Below are positions 19,101 through 27,476 of a DNA stretch of 64,000 nucleotides, one piece after another. Location: the NCBI GenBank assembly GCA_964504445.1, contig CAZDEO010000003.1, forward strand, positions 21,690-85,689, read 5' to 3'. The notes under the pieces are model-generated. The model was not told the DNA's origin, made no database searches, and saw nothing but the letters and a program-made list of their open reading frames with translations. This stretch comes from an uncultured Anaerolinea sp. Its GTDB lineage: Bacteria > Chloroflexota > Anaerolineae > Promineifilales > Promineifilaceae. The translations under genes were made by a program, and so were the position numbers. Within the stretch, counting starts at the first letter, position 1. Each line of letters opens with the position of its first letter.

Positions 19101-22100
19101 ACTGGCTTTCGTTGAGTTGGTAGCCCACCTCCAGCAGTTCCACCGCGCCGACGCCGGTCAGCTCGTACCAGCGTTCCACGCCAGTGGTGGGGGCGTAGCC
19201 CGGCGGCAGATTGACCCGCGCCCGGTACGTGCCTACCGGCAGGTTGGGGAAGCTGAAGTAGCCGGTGTTCCAGTTGGTTCCATTCGTGGTCAGCGTGTTG
19301 GCGATCTCTATCCCGTTGGCGTCGTACAGCGCGACCGGAATGCCATTGTTGGATGGCACGTTGCTCTCGGTGCAGTTGTTGCCGTTGGCGCGCACGCCCT
19401 GCGGCGCGCAGCGATCCCAGAAGGCGTAGCCGGCGATGGTCTGCGGATTGGTGGGGTTCCAGGGGTAGCGCACGTCCACGTGGGTGTTGTTGGCGATGAC
19501 GACGATCTGGCTGGAGGTGGGCCAACTTGCCTGCCCCGGCACATTCGGGTCGGGGATCAGGCGCACTTCCAGCGTGGCTGGGTTCAGGTTCCAGTTGCTG
19601 GTGGTGGGCTGGCTGGCGGGCAGGTAGCCGGTTTCGATCAGGCTGCCGCTGAGCGTGCGCACTTCGTAGGTGCAGGCGAAGCCAGGCTGCCCGGCGACGG
19701 GCAGTTGGCAGAACATATTCAGCGAGCGGGAGAGCGTACCGCTGAAGTTAAGGGTGGCGGCGCTGTCGTTGCTGACAACGGCCGTGCGCTCCGCCGGCGT
19801 CAGTTGCAAACCGGGGACCAGGTTGGCGATCTCGCCCCACGGCCGCACCGTGTATGTACCCGGCGCCAACCCCTCCACCAGCGCTTCGCCTTGGGCATTG
19901 GTAAAGGCCACCCGCGCCTGGCTGCCATTGAGCAGCAGCTCGAAGGGCAGGAAGGTAATCGGCAGCGCCTGGCCGTTGACCACCTGTACCGCCTTGATGG
20001 TCAACTCCCCCTGTTTCAGCAGCGTCCAGTTCTCCACGGCGCTGCCGTTGAGCGTGGCGGGCACAAAGCGCTGCGTCACGCCGTCGGCGGTGACGTAGTT
20101 GGCGGGCGGGCCAATTTGCAGGGTGTAGTTGCCCTCGGCCAGGCCGGCAAAGCCGTAAGCGCCGTTGGCGAAGCCAAAGGAGAGGGTTTGCAGGTTGCCC
20201 GGTTGCAGCGTGAAGGGTACGCCGTCCAGCCCCACGCCGCTGTTGTTGGCGACCTGCCCGCCGATCGTGCCGCCAGCGGCGAAGGGCAACTGGGCGCTGA
20301 CCATCTGCAAGTCCGCCACATAGACCTCGATCTCGCGGCTGGCGGGATAGTTGCCGCCCGGCGCGTTCATCTGCACCCGGTAGAGGCCCGGTTCGCTGAT
20401 GCGGAAGGCGTAGGCCCCATGGCTCCAGCTGGAGCCGGTGACGTGGGTGGCGAGTTGATTGCCGTTGGCGTCCAGCAGGCGCACGGTGCGGCCGTTGATC
20501 GGTGTTTCGGTCACTTCGGGCCGGCCGTTGGCGTTGCTGTCGATCCAGGCGCGGCCGACGATGTAGCCATCGTCCTCCGGCTGCGGCGTAAACGGTACCG
20601 GCATGATGCCGAAGTTGATCTCCGTGCCGCCGTCTGCGCCCATCGCCACCGCTACCGGGTTCGGGGTGGAAATGCAGTTGGCGATGATGGAGCAGACGTA
20701 GAGGTTGGTGGCCTCCACCAGGTAGACCCCGGCCTGCGGCGTGAAGATTTGGTAGCTGCCGTTGACGATGGTCGCGTTCAGCGCGGTGTAGGGTGGCGCT
20801 TGCAGCGTGGCCGTGATCACAATACCCTGCCCCAGCGTGTTGATCGTCTCGCCCAGGCCAAAAAAGCCGTCGCCATCCCGGTCAATCCAGCGAAAGCCGT
20901 TGATGTTGGCCGGTTCCAGCACGCTGACCAGGGTGTTGGTGATGGCGCTGCTGCTGTTGTTAACGGCCGTTACCGTCACAGTGTAGCTTCCCGGCGCGGT
21001 GAAGGTATGGGCCACGACTGCGCCGCTGCCCAACTGCCCATCGCCAAAGTCCCAATCGTAACTCACCCCCGTGCCGGCGTTGACGCTGGCGCTGAACTGC
21101 GCCGGTAAATCCTCGTAAATGGGCAACGACGCTTGCAGCGCCAGCCCTTCGATGGGCACATCCAGCACGCCCCCGGCGGCAAAGGCCAGCGAAAATTCGG
21201 AGGTGGAGCCATCGGCGTGGGTGGCGGTGGCCGTCACAAACTGGTTGGGCGGGATGGCGGCAGGCAGGGTGACGTTGAATTCGGCGTCGCCGTCGGCGTC
21301 GGTGGTGACGCTGGTTTCCCCCAGATAATACTCTCCTTCGCCATAGCCGGTGGGGTCGGCTTCCGCACTGTAATAGAAGTCCAGAGTGAACTCAGTATTG
21401 GGATTGCTATCCAGCGTGCCCTGAATAACCGTCGTGCCATTGGCGTAGGCTTGGGCGAAAGTAATGACTGGGTAGTTTTGCAGATTGTTGCCGCCAGTAT
21501 CCGGGTCGTCGGGGTCGTTGATGTTCACGCCTGCCGGGTTGAGCAGGTCAATGCCGATCTGGGCGTTGTTGTAGATGCGGTTGCCGCGCAGGGTGTTGCG
21601 CAAAACAGTGGCGTTAACCCGAACCCCATTGGGGAAATTGGCGGAGCCATAGCCGTTATGGGCGATGATGTTCGCCTCCCCAGGGCCAGTTCCGCCGATC
21701 TGGTTGTCATTGCCGGCGGTGAGCCGGATGCCGGTATAACCGTTGCCACGCGGCGTCACGCCGTCCGCGCCCACGCCGATCAGGTTGCCGGTCAGGACAG
21801 AGCTGGTCAGGTTCAGGCTGATGCCTTCAAAGGTGTTGCCGGCGATGACGTTGTTGCGCACTGTTAACCCCTGCGACGCGCCGCCGATGCCAACGTTGTT
21901 GGGCAGCGCCGCAAGGCCGGTCGCGTCCACGCCGATCCAGTTGCCGGCGATGGTGTTGGGCACAGCGCCAGTCACGCTGACGAACTGCGAGAAGATGCCG
22001 CTGGTGCTGTTGTTAGCGTTGCCGGAGATCAGATTGCGCTCCAGATCATCGCTGACGCCGTCAAAGTTGCTGCCGATCAGGTTGCCATAGCCGCCCAGGC

Positions 22101-23328
22101 TGACGCCGCCGCGCGGCGAGCCGCCGTAGCCGTTGGCAATAGCAAGCATGCCGGTGATGTCCGTGCCGATCTTGTTGCCTGCGACCATGTTGTTCCAGGG
22201 CGACTGCTGGCCGAACGAGACGCCAAAATCGCTGTTGCCGGAGATCAGGTTGCCTTCCAGCGCATCGGAGACGCCGTCGCCGTCCGTGCCGATGACGTTG
22301 TATTCTGTGGCGAGCAGGCGCACCCCTTCCACCTGCAAGCCGACGCTGGCGGTTCCGGCGGCGTTTGTGCCAATCAAATTGCCGGAGACGCGGTTGTGGT
22401 GGCTGCGGTTGGTACTTGTGCCGGTGAGTTGGATGTTGTAGGTGTTGCCGCCGATGACGTTGCCTTCCAGGGCGTCGCCCACACCGTCGCCGTCCGTGCC
22501 GATGATGGTATAGCCCGCTTCCTGCACCAATATGCCGTTGGTGGCGACGGTGGTGTTGCTTGTGCCGACCGGGGCCGTCCCCGCTGCGTTCAGGCCGATA
22601 TGGTTCCCCATGATGCGATTGCCGGTGGCGGCGGGCTGGTAAATCCAGATGTTCTGCTCGACGTTGGCGGAGATGACGTTGCGCTCGGCCGCGTCGTCCA
22701 CGCCGTCGGCGTTGGTGCCGATGCGGTTGTTGCTGGAGCCGCCCTGAATCCAGACGCCGCGCTGGTTGGCGACGCGCGTATCTCCGGCGAAGTTGACACC
22801 GATGTAGTTGCCATAAATCCAGTTGTTGCCGCCGGACTGCAGACGGATGCCGGCGCCATTTGCACCGGTGAAGCCGTTGATCACCAGCCCGCGCACTGTG
22901 CTGCCGCCGCCGGTGATGTTCAAGCCAACTACGCTGCTGCCCGCTGACCCGCCGTTGAGTTCAATCAGCGGAGGACCAGCGTAGCCGCTGCCGCCCTGGC
23001 TCCAGCCGTCGATGGTCACGGGGCCGGTGATGGTGAGCAGAGCAGACGTGGGCTGGATGGTTTGCTGGCTGCCGGGGTCGCCGATGGCGAAGGTGATGGT
23101 GTCGGGGCCGGGGTTGGCGTTCGCGTCCAGAATGGCCTGGCGCAGGGAACCGGGGCCGCTGTCCGCCGTGGTGGTGACAGTGTAGGTGGCGGCGTGGACG
23201 GTAGGACGCAAGGCGAAGAAGAGGAGAATGGTCAATAGCCAATAGCCAATGGTCAACGACCAACGGCGAATCCTCAATCGCAAATCGTCAATCGTCAATC
23301 GCAAATCGTCAATCGTCAATTGCTTCAT
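16174..23328 (-). CDS. Giant secreted/surface protein: signal peptide, parallel beta-helix region, PKD domain, many SdrD-B/Cna-B-like repeats
   Basis: 2384 aa, with AGGAGA 6-7 nt upstream of the ATG. There is a hydrophobic signal segment ending VHA-AT. The N-terminal GSLRQAILDANANPGPDTITF motif is followed by NxIxGN-type beta-helix turns (NVISAN, GNVIGGN, GNLISGN, NNVIAGN). A PKD-like segment reads YDWDFGDG...HTFTAPGSYTVTVTA. At least 10 repeats carry DxNxNG/DxDGDG acidic loops (FFDNNGNNVFDE, FIDGNHNGVADAGE, FLDGNGNGSREAGE, YSDSNGNGQWDGNE, FVDLDGDGEQDAGE, YFDWDGDGRQQPDE, WLDGNRDGLRQPWE). The protein ends YLPVVVRP. Confidence 0.85.
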   Translation of the reverse strand: MKQLTIDDLRLTIDDLRLRIRRWSLTIGYWLLTILLFFALRPTVHAATYTVTTTADSGPGSLRQAILDANANPGPDTITFAIGDPGSQQTIQPTSALLTITGPVTIDGWSQGGSGYAGPPLIELNGGSAGSSVVGLNITGGGSTVRGLVINGFTGANGAGIRLQSGGNNWIYGNYIGVNFAGDTRVANQRGVWIQGGSSNNRIGTNADGVDDAAERNVISANVEQNIWIYQPAATGNRIMGNHIGLNAAGTAPVGTSNTTVATNGILVQEAGYTIIGTDGDGVGDALEGNVIGGNTYNIQLTGTSTNRSHHNRVSGNLIGTNAAGTASVGLQVEGVRLLATEYNVIGTDGDGVSDALEGNLISGNSDFGVSFGQQSPWNNMVAGNKIGTDITGMLAIANGYGGSPRGGVSLGGYGNLIGSNFDGVSDDLERNLISGNANNSTSGIFSQFVSVTGAVPNTIAGNWIGVDATGLAALPNNVGIGGASQGLTVRNNVIAGNTFEGISLNLTSSVLTGNLIGVGADGVTPRGNGYTGIRLTAGNDNQIGGTGPGEANIIAHNGYGSANFPNGVRVNATVLRNTLRGNRIYNNAQIGIDLLNPAGVNINDPDDPDTGGNNLQNYPVITFAQAYANGTTVIQGTLDSNPNTEFTLDFYYSAEADPTGYGEGEYYLGETSVTTDADGDAEFNVTLPAAIPPNQFVTATATHADGSTSEFSLAFAAGGVLDVPIEGLALQASLPIYEDLPAQFSASVNAGTGVSYDWDFGDGQLGSGAVVAHTFTAPGSYTVTVTAVNNSSSAITNTLVSVLEPANINGFRWIDRDGDGFFGLGETINTLGQGIVITATLQAPPYTALNATIVNGSYQIFTPQAGVYLVEATNLYVCSIIANCISTPNPVAVAMGADGGTEINFGIMPVPFTPQPEDDGYIVGRAWIDSNANGRPEVTETPINGRTVRLLDANGNQLATHVTGSSWSHGAYAFRISEPGLYRVQMNAPGGNYPASREIEVYVADLQMVSAQLPFAAGGTIGGQVANNSGVGLDGVPFTLQPGNLQTLSFGFANGAYGFAGLAEGNYTLQIGPPANYVTADGVTQRFVPATLNGSAVENWTLLKQGELTIKAVQVVNGQALPITFLPFELLLNGSQARVAFTNAQGEALVEGLAPGTYTVRPWGEIANLVPGLQLTPAERTAVVSNDSAATLNFSGTLSRSLNMFCQLPVAGQPGFACTYEVRTLSGSLIETGYLPASQPTTSNWNLNPATLEVRLIPDPNVPGQASWPTSSQIVVIANNTHVDVRYPWNPTNPQTIAGYAFWDRCAPQGVRANGNNCTESNVPSNNGIPVALYDANGIEIANTLTTNGTNWNTGYFSFPNLPVGTYRARVNLPPGYAPTTGVERWYELTGVGAVELLEVGYQLNESQSVSGRVFFDNNGNNVFDEAWDDPIAGAAIVIATPGGQAVANPTTGSNGWYSQSPINSGEYRVTLTHAGQSWVREVSVPLNGGVPLVDFPVPPSDGRPRVLVFIDGNHNGVADAGEQRLANVVVRLRNVACGGSGAELQTAATDSGGVAVFNPPPSGFFPVCAQITAGLPADLLPASPSGVNAPRNGGAPVALAVQPANTLLVRAFLDGNGNGSREAGEAYVSGGSATVNGVTKSLSSSGATFYLPGGIYPVQFTPPAGYASLWSLPIGPIVANNAPQTLLVPLRDAGNVSGKVWPPNPNSFSLGGGSLAAGLTVQLQDVASNVTVETTSSANGSFSFSNLAPATYRLRLPAPPPGYVAGSEPLITYQSGQTPSNNNLNLVPTGHVVGVVYSDSNGNGQWDGNEPSVSQYSVRLVGAGGLQVAVAAPDGAGYFRFEGLNANTPYALQLVGLPSGAFLTSSPGVFTVGANPTTVQLGIGVAAPPSAGNQYVGGIVRYQQGEAFVPIAGARVVHYQPVNGSCNVANPIIQYDQYTGLDGGYGDQGAGGCFKVVDVPGFNNSSAYHWGWCTSSFVADCFLINGGYGRYINVTLTPVVLQARASDAVQVAWSAFRDHNGNGYRDADEPGLAGVTLAGGGGSGVSGQTGWGEPLTLADGLHTLTVTPPAGYLVNGPATRQIAVQGADVALPAIPLRPAGLTLVQAFVDLDGDGEQDAGEAGVGGVSVALSGPAPAYGVTSPNGRVQFAGLPDGSYTATAAPPAGFAAIPARAVTLAQGGVLQLPLQLAGQVSGVVYFDWDGDGRQQPDEPRVALPVTLTLSSGAGTQLAAGMGGLGLFLGTPAGSYTLAATTQAVQGQAITLAADAGIGAALAAVGAGQVHGAAWLDGNRDGLRQPWETPLAGVPVTVAGQTGVTDGNGRFAFYGVALGTYGVTAVLPAGLTAEIGSVVVSEGRGAVVGVAAVTAVAQSKWVVYLPVVVRP
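23230..23320. repeat. Heptamer-phased direct repeat block, 13 units (NNNCAAT on +; TTGACGA family on -), including a perfect 21-bp tandem duplication
   Basis: + strand units: ggtcaat agccaat agccaat ggtcaac gaccaac ggcgaat cctcaat cgcaaat cgtcaat cgtcaat cgcaaat cgtcaat cgtcaat. The block covers codons 4-33 of the giant ORF (LTIDDLR LTIDDLR LRIRRWS LTIGYWL...) and the last codons of the upstream small ORF. Confidence 0.85.
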
Positions 23329-23518
23329 TTTGTTCTCCTACGGGGGTGGGCTGGCTGAGGAAGGCGTGGAGGTCGGCGGGGGTGTGGAAGTGGTAGCGTT
23401 GGCCGGTCTGGATGTGTTCGACTTCGGCGCGGAAGCGTGGTTTAATGGCCGCTGTGGATTCTTTATCTTGCCATAAGCGCATTAGGTAAGAGGCGTAGTG
23501 CATTGTTTCGCTTTTCAT
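23309..23518 (-). CDS. Small conserved-pattern protein (69 aa), paralogous in pattern to 63116-63343
   Basis: SYLMRLWQDKESTAAIKPRFRAEVEHIQTGQRYHFHTPADLHAFL aligns with QLFTLRVWSEFTEDGQIRWRGQLRHIPSDTVHYFQDWASLVPLL of the second ORF. No clear SD. The ORF overlaps the start of the giant gene by 20 nt. Confidence 0.5.
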   Translation of the reverse strand: MKSETMHYASYLMRLWQDKESTAAIKPRFRAEVEHIQTGQRYHFHTPADLHAFLSQPTPVGEQNEAIDD

Positions 23519-23573
23519 GGCGAGCAGTATAACTGGGAGGTGTCCGCAAAATGTCTACAGTGAGGGGCAAAGA

Positions 23574-26500
23574 TTAGGGATTGGGCATTTGGTAATGACG
23601 TTGGATATGCTGCCAGAAGGTTTTCCGCAAAGCTAGATCGGTGAAGCTGGCGACCTGGCGCTCCAACTCGGCCTGGAAGGCGATGAGGTCTGCGGGGTTG
23701 TGGGTGATGTGCCAGTGGGTTGCGTGAAGGCGCAGGTGATAGCGGTGCATGTCTGTTGGTTGGAGGCAAGTGGCGGCTTCAGTCACGGCCGTTTCTGCCT
23801 TTCTGGTTTCGCCAACGGCCATCTCCGCCTGGGCCAGCAGCAGCAAAATGTCGGCATCATGCAGGCTGGCGTTTTGCCGCCACCAGGCTGCCGCCGGGTG
23901 AAGCACCGCCTGTGCCTCTGCCCCTTGTCCCTGCGCCAGATAATATTCCGCCGCAGCTTTTGCCCAGGCCAGGTACGGCCGTCCCGGCAACAACCGGGCA
24001 GTTTGTAGACTGCGCAGTAAATTCCCCGCTTTTTGCACTTGCCCGGCGGCCAGCAGCGCCCGCGCCAGCCCGGCCCGATGCCAGATGCCATAATCGGAAT
24101 CGGCCGGTAGCCCCACCGATTCACTCAGCGTCACCAGTTGGCGCAGGGCGGCGATGGCCTCCTCGTGCTGCCCCATGTTGCTGCTGTAGAGGCCATAGTT
24201 GTACAGCACCGAGCCGTAAGCCCAGGGATCGTTGAACGTCTGGTACAGGTCCAGCAACGGCCGTAACTGCTGCCGCGCTTCTTCCCAGCGCCCTAAATAG
24301 GCGTTGGCTTCGCCCAATTCGCGCAGGGCGTCGGCGAAGGCGGGATGGGGGGGATGGCCCGGTTGGTAAGGCGTCAGTGCCAATGCTGCTTCGGCGCTGG
24401 CGCGGGCGCTGGCGCACTGCCCTTCGGCGCGCTGCACAAACGCCAGATGGCACAAAGCCTGGTACTGCACGGCCGTATCCCCCATCTCTTGCGCCAGGCG
24501 GCAGGCCATTTGCAACTGAGCCAGCCCTTCCCGCGAGCGCCCTAATGCGTCGGCCAGATGCCAGCCATAGGTCTGCCGGATACGCGCTTCTGCTTGGCGG
24601 TCGCTGGTGTGGATGGCGAGGGCCAGGGCTTGTTTCGACGTCTCCTCCACGCGCGCAAAGTCGGATTGAAGGACGTAGAGGCTGATTTGCGCCTCTAGGG
24701 CTTCTAAACGAAGGCTTGTATTTGTGGTGGCCCGGTGGAGCAGGTCAGTGGCATCGGCTTGCCACTGTGGTATGCGTACCAGAAGACGGTTAAGGGCCAA
24801 ACGCTGCCGTAACAGGCTTAGGTGCAGTTGTTCTGACTGTGGTATGGCTGGCAGCAAGGTGATGGCCTGGTTGACCAGAGATAAGGCGGTTTCGTGGGCA
24901 AAGCGTTCCCGAGATTGGGTGGCGGCGCGCTGCAAGTGGGCAACGGCCGTTGCGGATTCTCCGGCCATGGTGAAATGATGGGCGATCACAACTGCCTGTT
25001 CTGGCCGATGGGCAATCAATGCTTCTGCAGCACGGTGATGCAGCAGCTTTTGGCGCCAGGGGGAGAGGCTTTGATACACGGCTGTTTGTAACAGCGCATG
25101 AGAGATGGCAATTGACGATGGACGATCGGCGTTCGGAGCCAGAGAGTTTGTGATTTCTATGAGTTTGTGAGCAAGTAGCTCGTCTAAGGCGTCGGCTATT
25201 TCGCTTTCACTGCGGGCGGAAGTGTGGCGCAGCAACGCCTCGTCGAGGTGGAGATGGAGCACGGCGGCAGCTTCCAGCACTTGCCGGGTGGTGGGGGTGA
25301 GGTGTGCTAGACGTGTTTCAATGACCTCGCGCACGGTTTGGGGGAGAGGTAACGTGGCTGGTGGGTGAGCCAGTTGGTCACTTTCCTGTAATTCGCGCAG
25401 GATTTCTAGCACAAAAAAGGGATTGCCGGCCGTCACTTCCCAAATGCGTGCCGCCAGTTCCGGCGACGCCGGCGCCGGTAGGCAGCGCAGCAAATCGGCC
25501 ACGGCCGTTACCGGCAATCCGGCCAGGCTTACTTCGGTTAGACGGCCGGTGCGGGCTAGCGCTTGTCGCAGGAGGGCCAGCTCTGGAGTGCTGGCAACGG
25601 CTGTCACCATCATTACCAGCGGCAGGTCATCCCAATTGACCGTCAGAAAGCGGAACCAGCCCAGGGTGTCGGCGTCGGCCCAGTGGAGGTCGTCCAGAGC
25701 GAGCAGCAGTGTGCCCTGGCCGGCCAGAGCACGGCAGGTTTGGGCCAGGGCGGTAAACAGGCGTTGTTGGGCCAGGGCCGGCGTTGTGCCCGGTGGCGCG
25801 GGTAAATCGGGAAACATGGCGCGTAATTCGGGCAGCAGAGGCAGGAGTTCGCTGCGCCAGAGGGGGGGCACAATTGTCCAGGTGGCGGCGTCCGGCAGGG
25901 CGGCGCGTAGGGCGTGGATAAGAGGCTGGTAGGGTAGAGAACGGCCGTCGGGGGCGCTGTTGGTGACGAGGAGCGGGCCGGTCCAACGGGCAATACATTC
26001 ACGCAGTAACCGGGATTTGCCCACGCCTGGTTCACCGGTAATGAAGAGGCACCCACCGGGAGTGAAGCGTTTTAAAGTTGACAGTGCCTGCGCGAGGGCT
26101 GTCTTGCGGCCAATGAAAGGCAAATCTAGCGTAGGCCACACGGGCAGGATGGGCCGGGAATCAAGGGGTTTGGGGGGCCGCAAAGCGGCACGCGTTTCGG
26201 CCAGTGGGCTAACACCTAATTCACGCTCTAAAATGAGGGCACATTCTTCAAACTGGCGTAGTGCAGCGGCGCGGTCGCCAACGGCCGTATGCGCAGCAAT
26301 GAGATGGCGGTGCATGGATTCATCTAGTTCATCGATGGCTAGTGATTGACGGGCGTAAGTGATGATGGCCGCATGATTGGCAACGGCCGTGGCTTGATGC
26401 ACCAGGGTGGCTAGTGCAGACAGGCAGCGCTGCTGGAGCTGGCGCGCCATCTGCTCCTGCCAGGCGTCAAATTCTGGGGCGGCCGACAAGGAAAAACCAC

Positions 26501-26864
26501 CCATGAAAGGTGAGCGGTAAAGGGCAACGGCTGGGGCTAATTGCGCGTTATCGGCACTCAAGCGCCAAAAAGTATCGCTGTCGGAAGCGCATAAGAGCGG
26601 GTTAAGGGCCACAGTCTCCTCAGCGATCAGCAATAGATTGGGTAACGGCAGAGCCGCCCGCAGGCTGGATATTAAGCGAGTTAGGTGACGACGGGCTACC
26701 GCGTCCGGTTGGTCTGGCCAGAAAAGGAAGGCCAGATGGGCCCGTGAGACAGGTTCCAATCGGGCAGCCAGACGAAAAAGGAGTGCCCGCAATTGACGGC
26801 GAGGCAGGTTCCAAGGCTGACCCTGCCAGGTAATCTGGCATGAACCGAACAGATGGATGTGCAT
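23574..26864 (-). CDS. SARP/AfsR-like large regulator: OmpR-type winged helix + BTAD + P-loop NTPase (STAND-like) + TPR
   Basis: 1096 aa. The N-terminal segment MHIHLFGSCQITWQGQPWNLPRRQLRALLFRLA... plus a BTAD-like segment (YRSPFMGGF...AWQEQ...DESMHRHLIAAHTAVGDRAAALRQFE) is followed by Walker A ITGEPGVGKSRLL and Walker B LLLALDDLHWAD. The C-terminal half is a long TPR-like region. Confidence 0.8.
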   Translation of the reverse strand: MHIHLFGSCQITWQGQPWNLPRRQLRALLFRLAARLEPVSRAHLAFLFWPDQPDAVARRHLTRLISSLRAALPLPNLLLIAEETVALNPLLCASDSDTFWRLSADNAQLAPAVALYRSPFMGGFSLSAAPEFDAWQEQMARQLQQRCLSALATLVHQATAVANHAAIITYARQSLAIDELDESMHRHLIAAHTAVGDRAAALRQFEECALILERELGVSPLAETRAALRPPKPLDSRPILPVWPTLDLPFIGRKTALAQALSTLKRFTPGGCLFITGEPGVGKSRLLRECIARWTGPLLVTNSAPDGRSLPYQPLIHALRAALPDAATWTIVPPLWRSELLPLLPELRAMFPDLPAPPGTTPALAQQRLFTALAQTCRALAGQGTLLLALDDLHWADADTLGWFRFLTVNWDDLPLVMMVTAVASTPELALLRQALARTGRLTEVSLAGLPVTAVADLLRCLPAPASPELAARIWEVTAGNPFFVLEILRELQESDQLAHPPATLPLPQTVREVIETRLAHLTPTTRQVLEAAAVLHLHLDEALLRHTSARSESEIADALDELLAHKLIEITNSLAPNADRPSSIAISHALLQTAVYQSLSPWRQKLLHHRAAEALIAHRPEQAVVIAHHFTMAGESATAVAHLQRAATQSRERFAHETALSLVNQAITLLPAIPQSEQLHLSLLRQRLALNRLLVRIPQWQADATDLLHRATTNTSLRLEALEAQISLYVLQSDFARVEETSKQALALAIHTSDRQAEARIRQTYGWHLADALGRSREGLAQLQMACRLAQEMGDTAVQYQALCHLAFVQRAEGQCASARASAEAALALTPYQPGHPPHPAFADALRELGEANAYLGRWEEARQQLRPLLDLYQTFNDPWAYGSVLYNYGLYSSNMGQHEEAIAALRQLVTLSESVGLPADSDYGIWHRAGLARALLAAGQVQKAGNLLRSLQTARLLPGRPYLAWAKAAAEYYLAQGQGAEAQAVLHPAAAWWRQNASLHDADILLLLAQAEMAVGETRKAETAVTEAATCLQPTDMHRYHLRLHATHWHITHNPADLIAFQAELERQVASFTDLALRKTFWQHIQRHYQMPNP

Positions 26865-27165
26865 AGATCAAGCTGTTTTTTTGCCGCTTAGCCGTCGAAC
26901 CCTACCATCAATGTGAGGGAGATAAACAAGTCTCAAGAATAGCTACAATGATTTAGCGGGTGTGATTTTCAGAAATTGGGCAAATTTTCCCACAAATTAA
27001 TTATAGAGAGCGTATGCCATTCAGTACAGGCTCTTGTGGTCAGTTGTTATTAACCTATTGTTTTTTGCTGCGACCATGACACGAACCGAGAATTCTTGCC
27101 TGGACTTCCTGGCGGTTTTTTGTTTAAGGGAGTATGCGATCGGGCCAGGGTTGTGTCACGGCCGT

Positions 27166-27194
27166 TTGACCAACGGGATTCCGTTGTCTATAAT
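27166..27194 (+). promoter_or_regulatory. Candidate sigma-70-type promoter (TTGACC-17 nt-TATAAT)
   Basis: TTGACC is at 27166-27171 and TATAAT at 27189-27194 with a 17-nt spacer. It lies about 280 nt upstream of the CNNM gene start and directly abuts an ACGGCCGT copy (27158-27165). Confidence 0.5.
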
Positions 27195-27476
27195 TTCTGG
27201 TAAATTTCCCGAGAGAAATAAACAAATTTTGATGTTCAATCAGAACAATTCGTACCCATTGGATATAAGGAACCTGGAGCGGAGGGAGTCATAGCGGCGA
27301 TGGAAGCAAATTCAGAACCGCCTGGCTCTGTCCAGCAGGTTGTCGATACACATCCTCCCCCTCAGTATATATCTCTCTTTGATTCGCAATCAATGAAATG
27401 GTCCTCGCGAATGGCTTGGAGGCTTATTGAAGTCTTCTAGTCGCTTAGCATACCCCTGTGTGGTTAATTAGAGCCT

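Noticed and set aside
16338-23476. Many long + strand ORFs antisense to the giant gene (for example 18781-21108, 775 aa; 17137-18057, 306 aa; 21133-21867, 244 aa) and - strand out-of-frame ORFs (for example 17516-18316).
   Set aside because: Their translations are low-complexity Arg/Gly/Ala/Pro-rich strings with no motifs. They lie entirely inside a 7.1-kb ORF that has clear domain structure. Open antisense frames of this kind are expected in high-GC coding DNA.
27034-27294. 86-aa + strand ORF in the long AT-rich spacer upstream of the CNNM genes.
   Set aside because: It has no SD and no recognisable sequence features, and it spans the candidate promoter itself. The region is more likely non-coding leader or promoter DNA.
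27195-27476. An M-box (Mg2+) riboswitch in the CNNM leader.
   Set aside because: I could not find the conserved M-box core sequence elements by eye. The question is left open for a covariance-model scan rather than claimed.
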